A stretch of DNA of 62,926 nt, the filler included, from Lenisia limosa (Eukaryota; Protista; Breviatea): assembly GCA_001655205.1 (NCBI GenBank). It is 10 parts of 10 records of this genome, joined end to end, with 100 filler letters (N's around TTAATTAATTAA, not from the genome) between each part and the next. Parts side by side here need not be neighbours in the genome. Positions count along the whole stretch, not along the records: positions 20,211 to 38,548 come from LPNZ01009372.1; 9 more parts are not named here. One strand, 5' to 3'. This document shows, piece by piece, positions 23,212 through 36,399 of the stretch; position 1 is the stretch's first letter, and the number at the start of each line of letters is the position of its first letter. The notes beneath the pieces were generated by a model that worked only from the letters and a program-made list of their open reading frames with translations, did no database searches and had not been told where the DNA came from. Both the position numbers and the translations under genes were made by a program.

Positions 23212-26200
23212 TTAAGAAGGAGGGAACATGGATTCTGGCCGTTCGCCTTTCTTGCAGCTATCGCAGATACCGTCCGCCTAGAGAGGGGTGAAACAAGGAA
23301 ATTTCGATGAAATTTTGACGTTGGGGTGGGGAGGGAGAGATATATGCACATCACTTTGCTGACTCACCCAATCCATTATTCCCCCTCAACTCCGCTAACC
23401 CCCAATTACGAGAAAACATACATCCTCTCCCCACCAATCCATTCATCCCAACTACTACCACCATGATCACCTCCAGTGACCTGTTTTTGCGGGTGTTTAA
23501 TTAGGTGTTCTGAGGAGCATTGCCCGAAATATATCTTGCTTGACTGATTTGCTATGGAAATACGGTCAAGACTTATCCTGGTCACTGTACATACTATGTT
23601 AATCCACATAATTATTCCTATTTTACTATCCCTATTATTAACCCCCCCCCCTCTCCCACCTCCACAAGGCACCGGCGGNNNNNNNNNNNNNNNNNNNNNN
23701 NNNNNNNNNNNNNNNNNNNNNNNNNNNNNNNNNNNNNNNNNNNNNNNNNNNNNNNNNNNNNNNNNNNNNNNNNNNNNNNNNNNNNNNNNNNNNNNNNNNN
23801 NNNNNNNNNNNNNNNNNNNNNNNNNNNNNNNNNNNNNNNNNNNNNNNNNNNNNNNNNNNNNNNNNNNNNNNNNNNNNNNNNNNNNNNNNNNNNNNNNNNN
23901 NNNNNNNNNNNNNNNNNNNNNNNNNNNNNNNNNNNNNNNNNNNNNNNNNNNNNNNNNNNNNNNNNNNNNNNNNAAATATTCATCCAATAGGAATGTGTGT
24001 GGGGGTCTCTTTTCCCCCTATGCGAATGATGTGAAAGAAGGGGAGGACGATATGTTCTATTATGTTACTTCTGATTGGTATTGCCAGACACATATAAATA
24101 GACAGACAGATTGATGCGTTGTGTGTATGTGTATGTGTGTGTATGCACTGTGACCCCCCTCCTACTCGCTTCTTCTCCAGGTATCGGTCACATGATTCAC
24201 AAAGGGTGTAGTTCTTCTTCCACTGTGCCCTCTCCAAACGGCCTACAGTTTGCGTCAAATATTGCCTGTTTAATACGGGTAACTGAAATATAATGCGGAT
24301 TCTACACGGGGTGAATCAAAAGAGGAGTGTAAGCAAAAGTATCCATTATATGAAAGGTAAATTGATATACATAATTTAGGGCTCCGTGCAATTAATTGAA
24401 ATTTCAAAATATGAAGACGGGCATTTAATTTCAAATTGTGTNNNNNNNNNNNNNNNNNNNNNNNNNNNNNNNNNNNNNNNNNNNNNNNNNNNNNNNNNNN
24501 NNNNNNNNNNNNNNNNNNNNNNNNNNNNNNNNNNNNNNNNNNNNNNNNNNNNNNNNNNNNNNNNNNNNNNNNNNNNNNNNNNNNNNNNNNNNNNNNNNNN
24601 NNNNNNNNNNNNNNNNNNNNNNNNNNNNNNNNNNNNNNAACCTGGCTTATTAGCCCCGCATGACGTGCAGCACATGCAGCGCGGACAAAGCCAGTCACCT
24701 AAAATCATGAAAAATAGCAATAATTTCCCGGGTTTTTTTTAAACCTAAGTGAAGCCTAAGGTCAAGGTTACTTAAGTGGTTACCCCCAATCATGCTAATG
24801 ATTAACATCAGATTTCCCTTAATTTTTACCCCCCCTCCCCCAATACCAGAGGGAAGGGCTGCCAATGGGGGGTTCAAGCACTGCAAATAAAGGTGAAAAG
24901 GAGAATATCGTTTTTGATTGAATAATAACACAACCATAAAAATATATTTAAAATGACATTAGATATGACACAAAACATATCTCTGAGCATGGCTATTTTT
25001 GCTGAAAATAATCGCATTTTCACCCCCCCCCCTCCCTCCCCCATACGAAGATGTGCATTGCCTGGTCACACGACTCGCATATGACGACCTTGTCTTCGTC
25101 GCCCATCTTGTTGCACTCCAGGCACCTAAACGCATGACGTAACAATGAGAAGTACAGTAAACCTCTGAGATCGTAGTTTCAAAAGAGACATTATAATTAT
25201 GCTCCTTGTTTCAACATAGACTTTCATATTGATCCTAGTTTTAATAGAGACTTAACTGCAAAACAGAAGATTTATTGTATAATTCAGGAGAAGCTTTACT
25301 TGTTTGAACAAAAATACACACTGAGTAGAAACACGCTGACACCCCCACTAACATTTTACAATCTGGACAGTTCCAAGGCTGTGACAGAATCTTGGCGTGG
25401 TCGGCACGGCTGATTTGAGCGCATGACACGTCACAAACACTGTTGCAAGTGACACATTCCATCATCAGCTGGTGGCACGGGTTGTTCTCCATGTCACATT
25501 CGCATCTTGAGGGTTACATAGGCACGTTGTCAGACAAAATTTGCATATTGAAAACTCTAATATGGTTGTTTTTAGGGCTTCACTTCCGTTCGAAAAATAC
25601 CGGTGAAATATCGATAATTTTCGAAGATTTATCGAGAAATTCAATCTTTTTTGGAACCGAAGTGAAGCCTAGTTGTTTTCAATGTCACATGCAGCTTCAT
25701 TCTTCATTGCTCTTGACACCCCCTCATTCCACCATCTTTCGCATAAGCCCACTTTTCGCATATTCGGGTCTTCTGGAGGGTGGCAGACAAGTCCTCGGGC
25801 TGAATAGTGAATATTATATGGACAAGTTGTATATATAGTGACCGGGATATCTTGCCTATTTTTCTTCGGAAATCATATACAAATTGGTCAAGACTTCTCC
25901 CGGTTACTGTATATGTTAAAATTTGCCTACAATACTTCAACTACAGTTAGGGCTTCACTTTGGTTCAAAAAAGACTGGATTTCCTCGAAAACTATTGGCA
26001 CTTTACCGAAGTGAGGCCCTAACTACAGTTTGTATCCATATTATGAAATATACATGACTTATACACGTAAACGGAACGATATGCTATGTATACATTCCTA
26101 GGGCTGAAAGGTGAATATTATATGATATGTACAAGTTATATGATACGACATACAATACTACTACAATTTGCATATTCATATTATGAAATACAAATGGATT

Positions 26201-26490
26201 CTACTGTTGATATTAGTAATATTATCTTATCATATGTACTGACTGATATGATCTATAATACTACTACATTTTATTGAATAATATGCACACGATAGAGCTA
26301 TAGTATGTTGATAGAGAATAAAACTGAAATATTGTACATGCCCATATCGCTCAAGAATTGTAGGTACCAATCATAGGTGTTTTTAAAAGAGCCACCATAT
26401 TTACCCCCACACACACACCTTAACCATTCGCTTTACACTCTCTAGAGTCGCCAGTAGATGTGGTTCATAAGCTGCAGGAATAGTATAGCA
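23212..26490 (-). CDS. Protein with a tandem PHD-finger cluster of the KMT2C/KMT2D (MLL3/4) N-terminal type; 5' extent unclear (possibly to >27300)
   Basis: Exons 25505-25353, 25125-25047, 24880-24847, 24698-24642 and 24242-24166 give MECVTC..CDVSC...WNCPDCKM|CLECNKMGDEDKVVICESCDQAMHIF|CLNPPLAALPSG|DWLCPRCMCCTSCGANKPG|...QWKKNYTLCESCDRYLEKKR. A putative last exon reads ADGICDSCKKGERPESMFPPS* (TAA 23214-23212); one exon is probably hidden in the 23679-23973 gap. Confidence 0.8.
25573..25671. mobile_element. MITE family A
   Basis: Good TIRs; perfect TSD GTTGTTTT. Confidence 0.93.
25948..26021. mobile_element. MITE family A, internally deleted
   Basis: Perfect TSD ACTACAGT. Confidence 0.92.
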
Positions 26491-27086
26491 CTGGGAGGTA
26501 AATGGAGAATTTATGAGAACAAAACAAAAGTGGGGATGGAGGGGAGATAGAATTGAACATTTTTGAAAAAAAAAAATAATATGTTGCTCAAGACACACAA
26601 GGGTTGCAAACAATAGTAAGAAGCTTCAGCACCCGCATCTTATCACTACAGCCTATGGGAAAAAAAATAATTTATGAAACAGCAAACTTCAAAAGTCTCA
26701 TGCCGTATTCAGTCCCAAATATACGTGTCATCCCTTTTAGTTTTATTTAATATCGATATGTGCTTGATTTTTTAGTGTGACGGCGTGGCTCATGGTAATT
26801 TGTTCATGATATCCCAACGTATTTATTATTTACCTTGATTTTTATTTTTTGTGTACTATCCTTGCATCCAAAAACTGTATTGAATGATATTTCTTGATAA
26901 ATATATCTTGGGTTCTCTTAAAAATCCCGACTCTTTCAATACTCATGCCTAGAGCTTCTCTCAGGTGAGAAATCTATGAAAACATTCACAATAAATCGAG
27001 GATTTATCGAGATATTCAGTCATTTTCTGGATCGGAGTGAAGTCCTACTCATGACCCAATCTGCCCTCTCTTTCAACACTCATATC

Positions 27087-27173
27087 TAATTCAAAAAAAT
27101 ACTGAATTTCTCGAAAAATCCTCCAAAACTATCGATAATCTACGAGTCTTTTTCGAACCGAAGTGAAGCCCTA
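27087..27173. mobile_element. MITE family A, left TIR partly deleted
   Basis: Perfect TSD CTCATATC; another fragment at ~26995-27045. Confidence 0.88.
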
Positions 27174-28639
27174 CTCATATCCCAATGTGCCTGCCCTTTC
27201 AACATTCATAGCCTCTGCCCACTCGTTCAACACAGCATTCAATGTACTGCTCAGTGACGGCCACAACGCCTCTTTCGCGACCTTCTATCCAGAGCTGGTT
27301 TCTGGGTGAAGGGTGAAATTGGAAAATTCAGCAATAATAATCAACTCTGTTGGCCTGTATTGCACGAGGTTTGGGGGGGGGGGTGAATGGGGTGNNNNNN
27401 NNNNGGGCGTGGGTGTGGTAATAATACATCATGTCATGCTCCAGAAGAAAGAAAGATTGTGTACACCTTTGGGAGTGTTCTTGAAATTTTGGCCTTTTCC
27501 TTCACGAGATCAACAGCCAAATCCGCAACTGTTTTCTTGAAGCCTGGAATACCGGGTGTCTCTGGGGGGTGTCAAAAAAAAAAACCATATTTGAAAAAAA
27601 AAAGATTAGNNNNNNNNNNNNNNNNNNNNNNNNNNNNNNNNNNNNNNNNNNNNNNNNNNNNAACAATGTTCCAAATCATTGACCACCGAGAGCTTGGAAA
27701 TAATCACTCCAGTTTGCTATTTTTTTTTTAAAAAAAACAAATATAAAAACACAGAAGCGTGTGAGAGTAGCAAATAATACACAAGTGAAAAAGGAGAGTA
27801 TGGAAGTATATAAGACATGTATAATACATATGATGCAAAGTTAATGCGTACAATATCTTCTTGAGTGATAATCTCTCAATGAGTGTTTAAAACAGAATCA
27901 GCATGAAGGTGTCTTCAGAGTGTTTCAGAGTTTTTTCTATCTCTAGTTGAAGGATGAAGTTTCAACTCCTGGACGCCTGTTTGTCGAGACCTTCACCACA
28001 GGGCGTGTGAACAGGAGGTTGTCATTCTACAGCATCTCCTTGCACTCCAATCGCGTCTCCGATACCGCGTTATATCATTGTATCGTATCATACTATAGTA
28101 GCATATTCATATTACAAAGTACGTAATTCAATAATTGTTTTTTTGACATTTTTCCTGGAATTACCCTCTTTGTATAGATTGTTTTTTGGGATTATGAATA
28201 AAGATGTATCTTTCACATACACTTGATTAGTGTAACAAGCCTGCGTGGCCAACGACCAGAGCGCCCAGGTTGCCCTTTCAATGATTGCTGCTGACACCAA
28301 CCGACCCGGCGAAAGAATTCGATAAGGTGACATGCAGTGTCCGCGATATGCGTGAAAGACATTGAGCGTTACTCAATCATGTCAAGACTTACCGCGGCCG
28401 GAGGGGTGAGTTTTTACAAAAATGGCATTTCATTAGAAGGTTGGATGAATAACCCTTGTTTTAGCATTACACTATCTCTAACTTTAACTGCTTAGGCATG
28501 TTCTACCACCCTTGCGGAGTGCGACATCCAGCGCTTGCAAACGCTTCTGAAAATACAATTTGATGACGATGATGTCAACATTCCCATAATGAATGGCAAC
28601 ATGCGAACAGTGTTGAGCTGACTGAATATTTGTTTCTAA

Positions 28640-31600
28640 AAAAAATGGACCAAGTCACTATAACGCAGTACCTTGCGGTATGCTGGTTGGCAGCAGAAGA
28701 GGTTTCATTTTGTGTTGCAATTTCCATGCCAAGAGTCAAGTTTGATTGCATATCAGATCTACCCACCTCCCCACTCCGTATTGAATTTGTTTGTGGGGCA
28801 TTTACCAATTTTTTTCATACATATTACATAGTTAAAGATATATATAGTATATCGATTTCATGTTATTTTATGCAAGTATATCATATGATATGTTTTTTTT
28901 TGCATTTCTCTTACATCTTGACAAAATCCAGCAAAATATTCGTCTCAAAGCCAAAATCGGGCCCGAGTCTGTCGACCTCGTTGGAGTCCTAGACACCGAA
29001 TTACACTGATAAAAGTTCACTTATTCTCTGGTTGAAACGATACCTATTGGGTCATCTTTATGGCGATTTATTTAAGTGTCGAGACTATAACTTAGAATTG
29101 CATGGAATTTTAGTCTGCCAGTTGGCCGAGTGTTACTAATCCTTGTGGATAATACCTTTGGCCATATCATATACATAACATACATGTATCTGTCCTCGAT
29201 ATACCACTCTAATAAATAGAAGAAAAAAAACGGTCAAAGAAAAAGAAAGAGAATAAAAATCAAAAGGGACAAATGCAAGGGGTAGGGTGAATTGAAAAAG
29301 AAGACCTATGTTGTAAACAGAGTATCCTAGAAGAAGGGAGACAGAGAGTAACCAAAACTACTTTAACGTGGATCATCTTTTACTCAAAAAAAAAAAAATC
29401 ATGGCTCTATAAATTCCATGAAGTGATCTGAATTCCAGAGCAAACTCACGAATTGGGAAGAAGAGAAGGCCTTCGAGGGGGTGGGCAGACATGTGCCACA
29501 TTTCGGGAGAAAGGCGGCGGCAATGCCGAATACAGGACAAGAAGTAGTCCTGGGGGGTGGAGTAAAATTGAAAATTTATGAAACAAAAAAAAAGCCCAAA
29601 ATTAATTCTGTTGGCTGACAACACACAAGGGTTGATAACAAACAAAACAAACAAAGCCAAGGCCGGTCACTTCTGCAGTACCGCATCCCATCAAGTAAAA
29701 CGGAAAAATTCATAATTAACCACCCCCTCTCCATGATTAAACATAACTAAAGGTAAAAATAATTATAATATTTTAAAGGCAAAACAACAATTTTGGTTAC
29801 AATAAATGCAAACAGGATGGAGCAGAGGCTTTGCTGATGCGACTGTTTGGGCGATTCTCTCGACATCAGGGTCAGATTCCTCATTCAACGGTCCCATGCT
29901 GCGGAAAAGCGATCGAAGGTCCTCAGTAAACTTCAAGGCTGCTTGGATTAAAAACGGACAGTTGGGGTGTATGCTTATGCAACTGGCTCACAAATTTGAA
30001 TTATGAAAAAAGTAATCAAAAAAATTATAATATGGGTGACAGCAATATTCAAAATCTAGGTGAGCCTGATAGACGACCCAAGAACCTGGTCCGACAATGC
30101 ATCGTTTCTTCTTAGCCACGTGGATTGATGGCTGATCAGCCTCTAACCCAGGCCTGGTGAAAATTGAGTTGTCGCAGATTGAAACAAAGTGGGTAACGGA
30201 CTGAGACGCATTAGGAAGGAATGTCCAAATAAGGCAAGTGCTATAATATAATCCATGTGTAATATAAATCTATTTGATTATTTTCTTTTATGCTGCACCT
30301 AAGACTGCTCACAGAGAGTTCAAAAGCGTCCGGGGTGTCGTCAACCGTTTGAACAGTCACAATTGCTCCAAGGCTTTCGACAAGGGAAATGAGCAGTTCT
30401 TCCTGGGGGAGGGGGTGTAAACAATGCTCAGGGTGTGTTACATAAAAGTGAAAAAATNNNNNNNNNNNNNNNNNNNNNNNNNNNNNNNNNNNNNNNNNNN
30501 NNNNNNNNNNNNNNNNNNNNNNNNNNNNNNNNNNNNNNNNNNNCTATGGATATAAATGGAACAAACTTTGGTTCACAAATTGAACAGAACATCACAAATG
30601 TTACAGACAATGATTTAATCATACCTGGGGCTTAGCCTCAAACGGTCTGCGGAGAAGCCACCTTATCGACATATTGACAAAAAGATCCCGTGGAACACAG
30701 GAGGGAATCGAGTACCTGAAAAAGTGAAAATAATTGATTAAGCGGAGGTTAATATCGTGTAACCCCTACTTTCTATAACTATGATAAAACGGTTAACTAC
30801 GACTTCTATTAATTGCAACAAAGCTCCATTGCTATCAATTTCAAATTACACAAGCCTACGATGATGCCGAAGCGGGCTGATCATTCGGAAGCGAATCAAG
30901 GTCCACATCTAAGTCTTCAGGTTTCATGTCTTGAGCACCAGTATCGTTGTCTTCATTCTCAGGCCCCACGGAAGGCTCTCTGCATATTCGTGAAGGCTCC
31001 TTCTCCAGGAAGTCTTCTATATCGATCAAGGTTAGTGTCGTTATACTAAATATTCAAAATATAACAATTTCAATACTCTGAACATGGAAATATTTGCGTA
31101 AGACGATAAAATAAATGAAAAGCAAAGTGATAATAGCAATATAAGTAACATCCTTCTGCTCTTATACTTTGTCATTATTCAAGCTTAATATCATGCATAT
31201 TTAAGAGAGAAAAAAAATCACAATAGTAATGGTTTTAAGTATACTTGATTGAAAAACATCTAAATTTCATCATCCCTGACATTATTATCGAAATATGTTG
31301 CTTCCTCTGGTCTTATTTTGTCTTATTTTGCATCAACTCTGTTTGTTTGATATAGCAAACACTTAAATAAGATGTGTCAAGATGAATTGGTCACCGTACT
31401 GAATAATGAGGGCTTTCTTAGCAGTATTTGCTGGGAGGAAACCTTCCAGAAGCCTTGGCCAATGGAAGGTCATATGGACCACGGCGCAGTCAAGCTCGCC
31501 TTGAACGCAGAAGTATGTTGAACTCTCCAAAGTCCTTCAAGCTTATGCTTTGGTGGCAACCCGATATGGTATCCTTCAAGCCTAACGTGTCTTTAAAGAG

Positions 31601-34600
31601 AAGGTGAGCTGGGTTGATTATTTGCTTCTCACCCTGGTAGCAAAACTTTCTGTGCTGTGGAAGGAGTCCAAACTCCAGACCCAATCATGGTTCAATGCCC
31701 AGGCGAGGCTTTTCGGGGAAATTGAAAGAAGCTGTGCATTGTGTTTTTACATTAATTATTCAGCTCAAACACATTGAAGAGGAAGCCACCTTGTTAGACT
31801 GTTGAAATTGTATATTTATCTAATTCTATTTAAACAAGATAATCAAAGTGTCATTCCACAACTAACTACTTAGGGAAAACCTTCTCTCGGTTGGGCGTGG
31901 GGAAGGCTCATTCGGAAGAGTTTTTTTTGACAATTGACCTCAGGAAAAAGCAGATTGTGTTGGTAAATGTTTGAAGATCTCTATCAACCTCTCCCTACAC
32001 TCTCCCTCCTTCCAACATTCTTAGAGAGAAGCTCGGCAAAGCAAAGAGACATTGCCTTACCCCGACGTTAGACGTGTGGGAATTTATTGGTTTCACTGTA
32101 TCATATTATATTAATGTTCAATTTTCTATGCAGCTGTTTGAATTAAACTATTCAAATCGTGATGAATAATTCTGCACTTACTGATCCTCCTTTGCTTCAT
32201 TGTTTATCTCATGCGATTTTTTGATTCTGTATATTATGATTAATTTGTTCGAGGCCCGAAGGTGGTAACCAAATATAAAAGAGAATTGAAAATGAAAAAG
32301 TTTCAAATCAAACAAAACAAAAAACCCTAAAATCTACTCCGGTTGAAAATAACAACAAAAAAAAGCACAGGGCAGTTTCTTCTGCAACAATGCATTCCAT
32401 CAGTGATAATAATGAGAACAATTCAGAGCAACACACAGAATAGAAAAAAAAGAATGATTCCAAAAAAGAAGTCTGAAACAGTTACAAAAAGAAGAAGAAA
32501 AAACAATTATGAAACAGGTAACGTATCGATATACATACAACATACATATGTATGTGTACATAGTTAAAAGCCTCACCAAGCTCATCAGGATCAGAGCAGT
32601 CCGCCGGAAGCGGGTGCAGAACTTCACCAATCTGCTCGACCCAAGGCTGGGTCGTGACTTGTTTGTTGATGCCGACAATACGATTGAATAGGTTGGTTTC
32701 GCTTCCAAGGGCAACAGTGCGGGCTTCTATATGGCTTGTTATTGGAGCATTTTCAAAAACAAAAAGGAAGTAAAATATCAATATATAAGAGGCATACGAG
32801 GAGGTAATATTGAGAATTGAAGTTTTAGGGTTAGCGAATCATTCTGTATGGTGGTAGCTAAATTAATTTAATATTCACCAAGCATGGCCAGCTGTTTACC
32901 CACCTGAAGGGAGAACGTAGTTGTCATAGGGCCGTTGCGATGCCTGAGAGGACTTGGGCCTTTCGCTTCCAGGGATGATTTCGCCTTCGCTGTCTTCTTC
33001 GTTGACAAAGTCGAGTACGGGTTCACTGGGGGGGGGGGGGGNNNNNNNNNNNNNNNNNNNNNNNNNNNNNNNNNNNNNNNNNNNNNNNNNNNNNNNNNNN
33101 NNNNNNNNNNNNNNNNNNNATACTTGCGGGGCTAAAAAAAACGATCATCTCTTTTCCAGCTGTATCGGAGAGGCACAAGGATGCTCTTGATAAACATAAA
33201 ACCAAAGGAAAACCTAAATATTACATTGATTTCGCCATTCAGAATGATATCTCGCTCCACAAACTTGACATCCAGAGTTGACACCATTTTGGCGTGTTTG
33301 GCGCATTCCTCCTTGACAATTTCGGCATGCTGCGCTCTCTCAACTTTCAAACTGAAGTGGTGAAAAGAGTCATTTGATCGTAAACAACTGACTAAAGTCT
33401 GGAGTTTTACATTTTAATGATTTAGCTTCGGTAGAAGTGTCCAAAACTACTTCACTCATACATTACGTATATCATATAGTATATACATATATATTTAAAG
33501 GTATCTTTGGTAAAAATCAATAAGAAAGAGCAGACCTTTGTCTAGAGTACGCAGAAAGCAGCTGTCTGAATGGTCCCTAAGGTGTAATTTAGGTCTTCAC
33601 TCCGAAATAAAAATGCCCCCGATGAAATATCGATTGTTTTTGAGGATATATATATTAAGAAATTCGGTTTTCGTTTGGACTGAAGTCTAAGTAGATAAAA
33701 GAAACTTACTTTCCCCTCATATTTTATGTAAATGAAAAGTTAAAGTTATTGCAACAAACCTTTGGNNNNNNNNNNNNNNNNNNNNNNNNNNNNNNNNNNN
33801 NNNNNNNNNNNNNNNNNNNNNNNNNNNNNNNNNNNNNNNNNNNNNNNNNNNNNNNNNNNNNNNNNNNNNNNNNNNNNNNATTTCTGGGAGAATTATTCGA
33901 CAAAAGGACAGTTTTCAATTCTCACCCCCCCCCCTCGCCCTATACCTTGGCGCATGGGGTGGTGCACGACACCTGCTCTGTTGGCCCGGAGGGATGCGAT
34001 TTGGGAGTTGAACATTCGTGTGGCCTTTGGGTGTGAAATAACTTTAGAGATTTTCTCAGTCCATTGTTATTAAATATTACCCAATTTTTGAAAATGATAT
34101 GCTAATGACAAGCATTAAAATATATGATATGAACAGCAGGATTATCCCCCCNNNNNNNNNNNNNNNNNNNNNNNNNNNNNNNNNNNNNNNNNNNNNNNNN
34201 NNNNNNNNNNNNNNNNNNNNNNNNNNNNNNNNNNNNNNNNNNNNNNNNNNNNNNNNNNNNNNNNNNNNNNNNNNNNNNNNNNNNNNNNNNNNNNNNNNNN
34301 NNNNNNNNGTTCAGTTCTGTGGTGTTAAAGTCGGAATATACTACACACCAAAATAATAAAATTAAGCTCTACCACTAGCTCCATTTGATTGATTTCATGT
34401 CATTTGATTGACATCACTCCATCTTACAATAGTATATAATATATTTAACAAAGACAACACCCACACACCGTCTGGCTTGAGTTCAGCTGCAATGCCATAT
34501 TGCTACAAAGTGAGGAGGGGAAATGAAGTAATGGACCATTTGTAAGTGGGCGGAGAGGAATGTGTGGCGGCGGGNNNNNNNNNNNNNNNNNNNNNNNNNN

Positions 34601-34880
34601 NNNNNNNNNNNNNNNNNNNNNNNNNNNNNNNNNNNNNNNNNNNNNNNNNNNNNNNNNNNNNNNNNNNNNNNNNNNNNTATAATGTTGCCATGTTTATTAT
34701 GATTACGCCCGTTGGAAATAATCAAAGACGCCCAAAAATAGTAAACCAAAGGGCTAATAACCGTCATCCCGTTTTATAAGAGTGATAGTTGAAATGGAAA
34801 TATAAAGGAGAAGAGGGGTATTTCACCCACCCTATCGGAGCGCATTACGGTTTCAGAGTCGAGTAGCGCTCGAAGTCTGG
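28640..34880 (-). CDS. Series of coding-like exons of one or more unidentified minus-strand genes
   Basis: Open, splice-bounded segments such as DYFLSCIRHCRRLSPEMW (~29549), LKFTEDLRSLFRSMGPL (~29940), EELLISLVESLGAIV (~30405), HIEARTVALGSETNLFNRIVG (~32735) and KVERAQHAEIVKEEC (~33345). No family recognised and phases not all resolved. Confidence 0.45.
29549..29720 (-). repeat. Dispersed intronic repeat family B, full copy ending at a 3' splice site
   Basis: Minus strand: TGATGGGATGCGGTACTGCAGAAGTGACCGGCCTTGGCTTTG...TTATCAACCCTTGTGTGTTGTCAGCCAACAGA...GGGCTTTTTTTTTGTTTCATAAATTTTCAATTTTACTCCACCCCCCAG. Other copies at ~6783, 14845, 16382, 17575, 20325, 22040, 26500, 27305, 32280, 37882, 54360, 57150, 58540 and 59335. 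Confidence 0.9.
33590..33689. mobile_element. MITE family A, decayed
   Basis: TAGGTCTTCACTCCG...GGACTGAAGTCTA with family core. Confidence 0.65.
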
Positions 34881-36399
34881 CGCTAGTCTTCACAGTATGA
34901 CCCTGATTGTGAATTGCAGCTCTTTACCGAAATTCCTTAATTCCATACTCGTGAATCCGGCGAAAAGAGCAAATATTGAGTCTTTTTCATACAGCTCTCA
35001 CCACAACCAACCCAAATTTAGTGATTAAAAAACAACATTATCGGTAGCACTATCGCTTCTCAGTCGGTCCCAAGTGGTGCAAAATATCAATGTTTATTGA
35101 AAACTCCGTGTTTTATTTTGAAAACAGCATTCACAACGGGAAATGTGTAGAAATTGAAAACGATGTTAAGTTACTGACAAGTGCAAAGCTAATACGTATA
35201 GTAGAGTTTAATACATGAAGTACATATCATATATTACATGTAGTAGGATATACATGTATGTATATGCATATAATTATATGTATCTACATGTACATTGTAA
35301 AAATAAGATAACTACCCTCTGTTCCGAAAAAAACCCCAAATATAGAGTATTGAGATTTTCGATAATTTATAGATAAATGCAGTTTTTCATATCGAATGAA
35401 GCCTGAATATGACCCACTCCACATACCCGTTGCTTTAGTTTCTTGACTTTTGAAACTTGTCTCATGATACCACTTACAATCTGGGGAAAGGGGTGAGTAA
35501 ATGGAAGTGGCACTAATACTTGGGGGGGTAAAATGGAAGAGGTGTTATATTACTATACCAGTTGCATTCAGGCAACGGGCCAATAAATAAACAAAAAGAT
35601 AGGATAACTGCGAGATGTGGGGATGAGATCAGATTTCATCTGCGAATGTAGGTTTTGAAACGACTCTCTTGAATGAACATATGAATAATATTATTTTTAG
35701 ATATAGTGACCTGAATAAGACTTGTCCAATTTTTTATGATTTCCCAAGGAAAATCCCGGTCAATGTATCTTTCAACATTTAACCCTTGGAATCCGGTGCA
35801 CGCTCAGTCATATGTAACAAAACATGCAGTATAGTGATATTATATATTCCATATTAAAGCCATTTCATTTTAGTCTTGAGCAATTTATGGAGTGTTCATA
35901 GTTCCCAAACCCACGAAGTTTTTTTCGAATTTGTAATCTTCCTTGACAGCAGTCATGTGAGTTCGTGACCTGCACGGGATCAGCTTAAGATACAGGTACA
36001 TGGTGTAATTTTTGTGTTTAATTTCCTAAAATTTTCTTGAATTGGAAGAATATAACAAGAGAGAAGAAGAAATGGATGTTCTTGAGTTTAATACATATGA
36101 TTTGGGATCAACGCCAAGAGTAACCTAATATAAGGAACAGGGGATATTCTTTGAAAAAAAGATAAACAAGAGAAGTGACTGACTAAGTAATGCTCAAAAA
36201 AGAAACAAATGGGGGCCAAAAATACAAATAAATAAAAAAACAGTAACGATATCAATGACAAGTTCAGTTTAAAAATAAAAACAACATTTCATATGAAAAC
36301 AAAACGCTAAATGATGCAATCTTTTACAATCTTCAAAATCTAGCTATCAGAAGTCTTCGGCCAGATACATACATTCTTGTTAATTCACATCACCACCAA

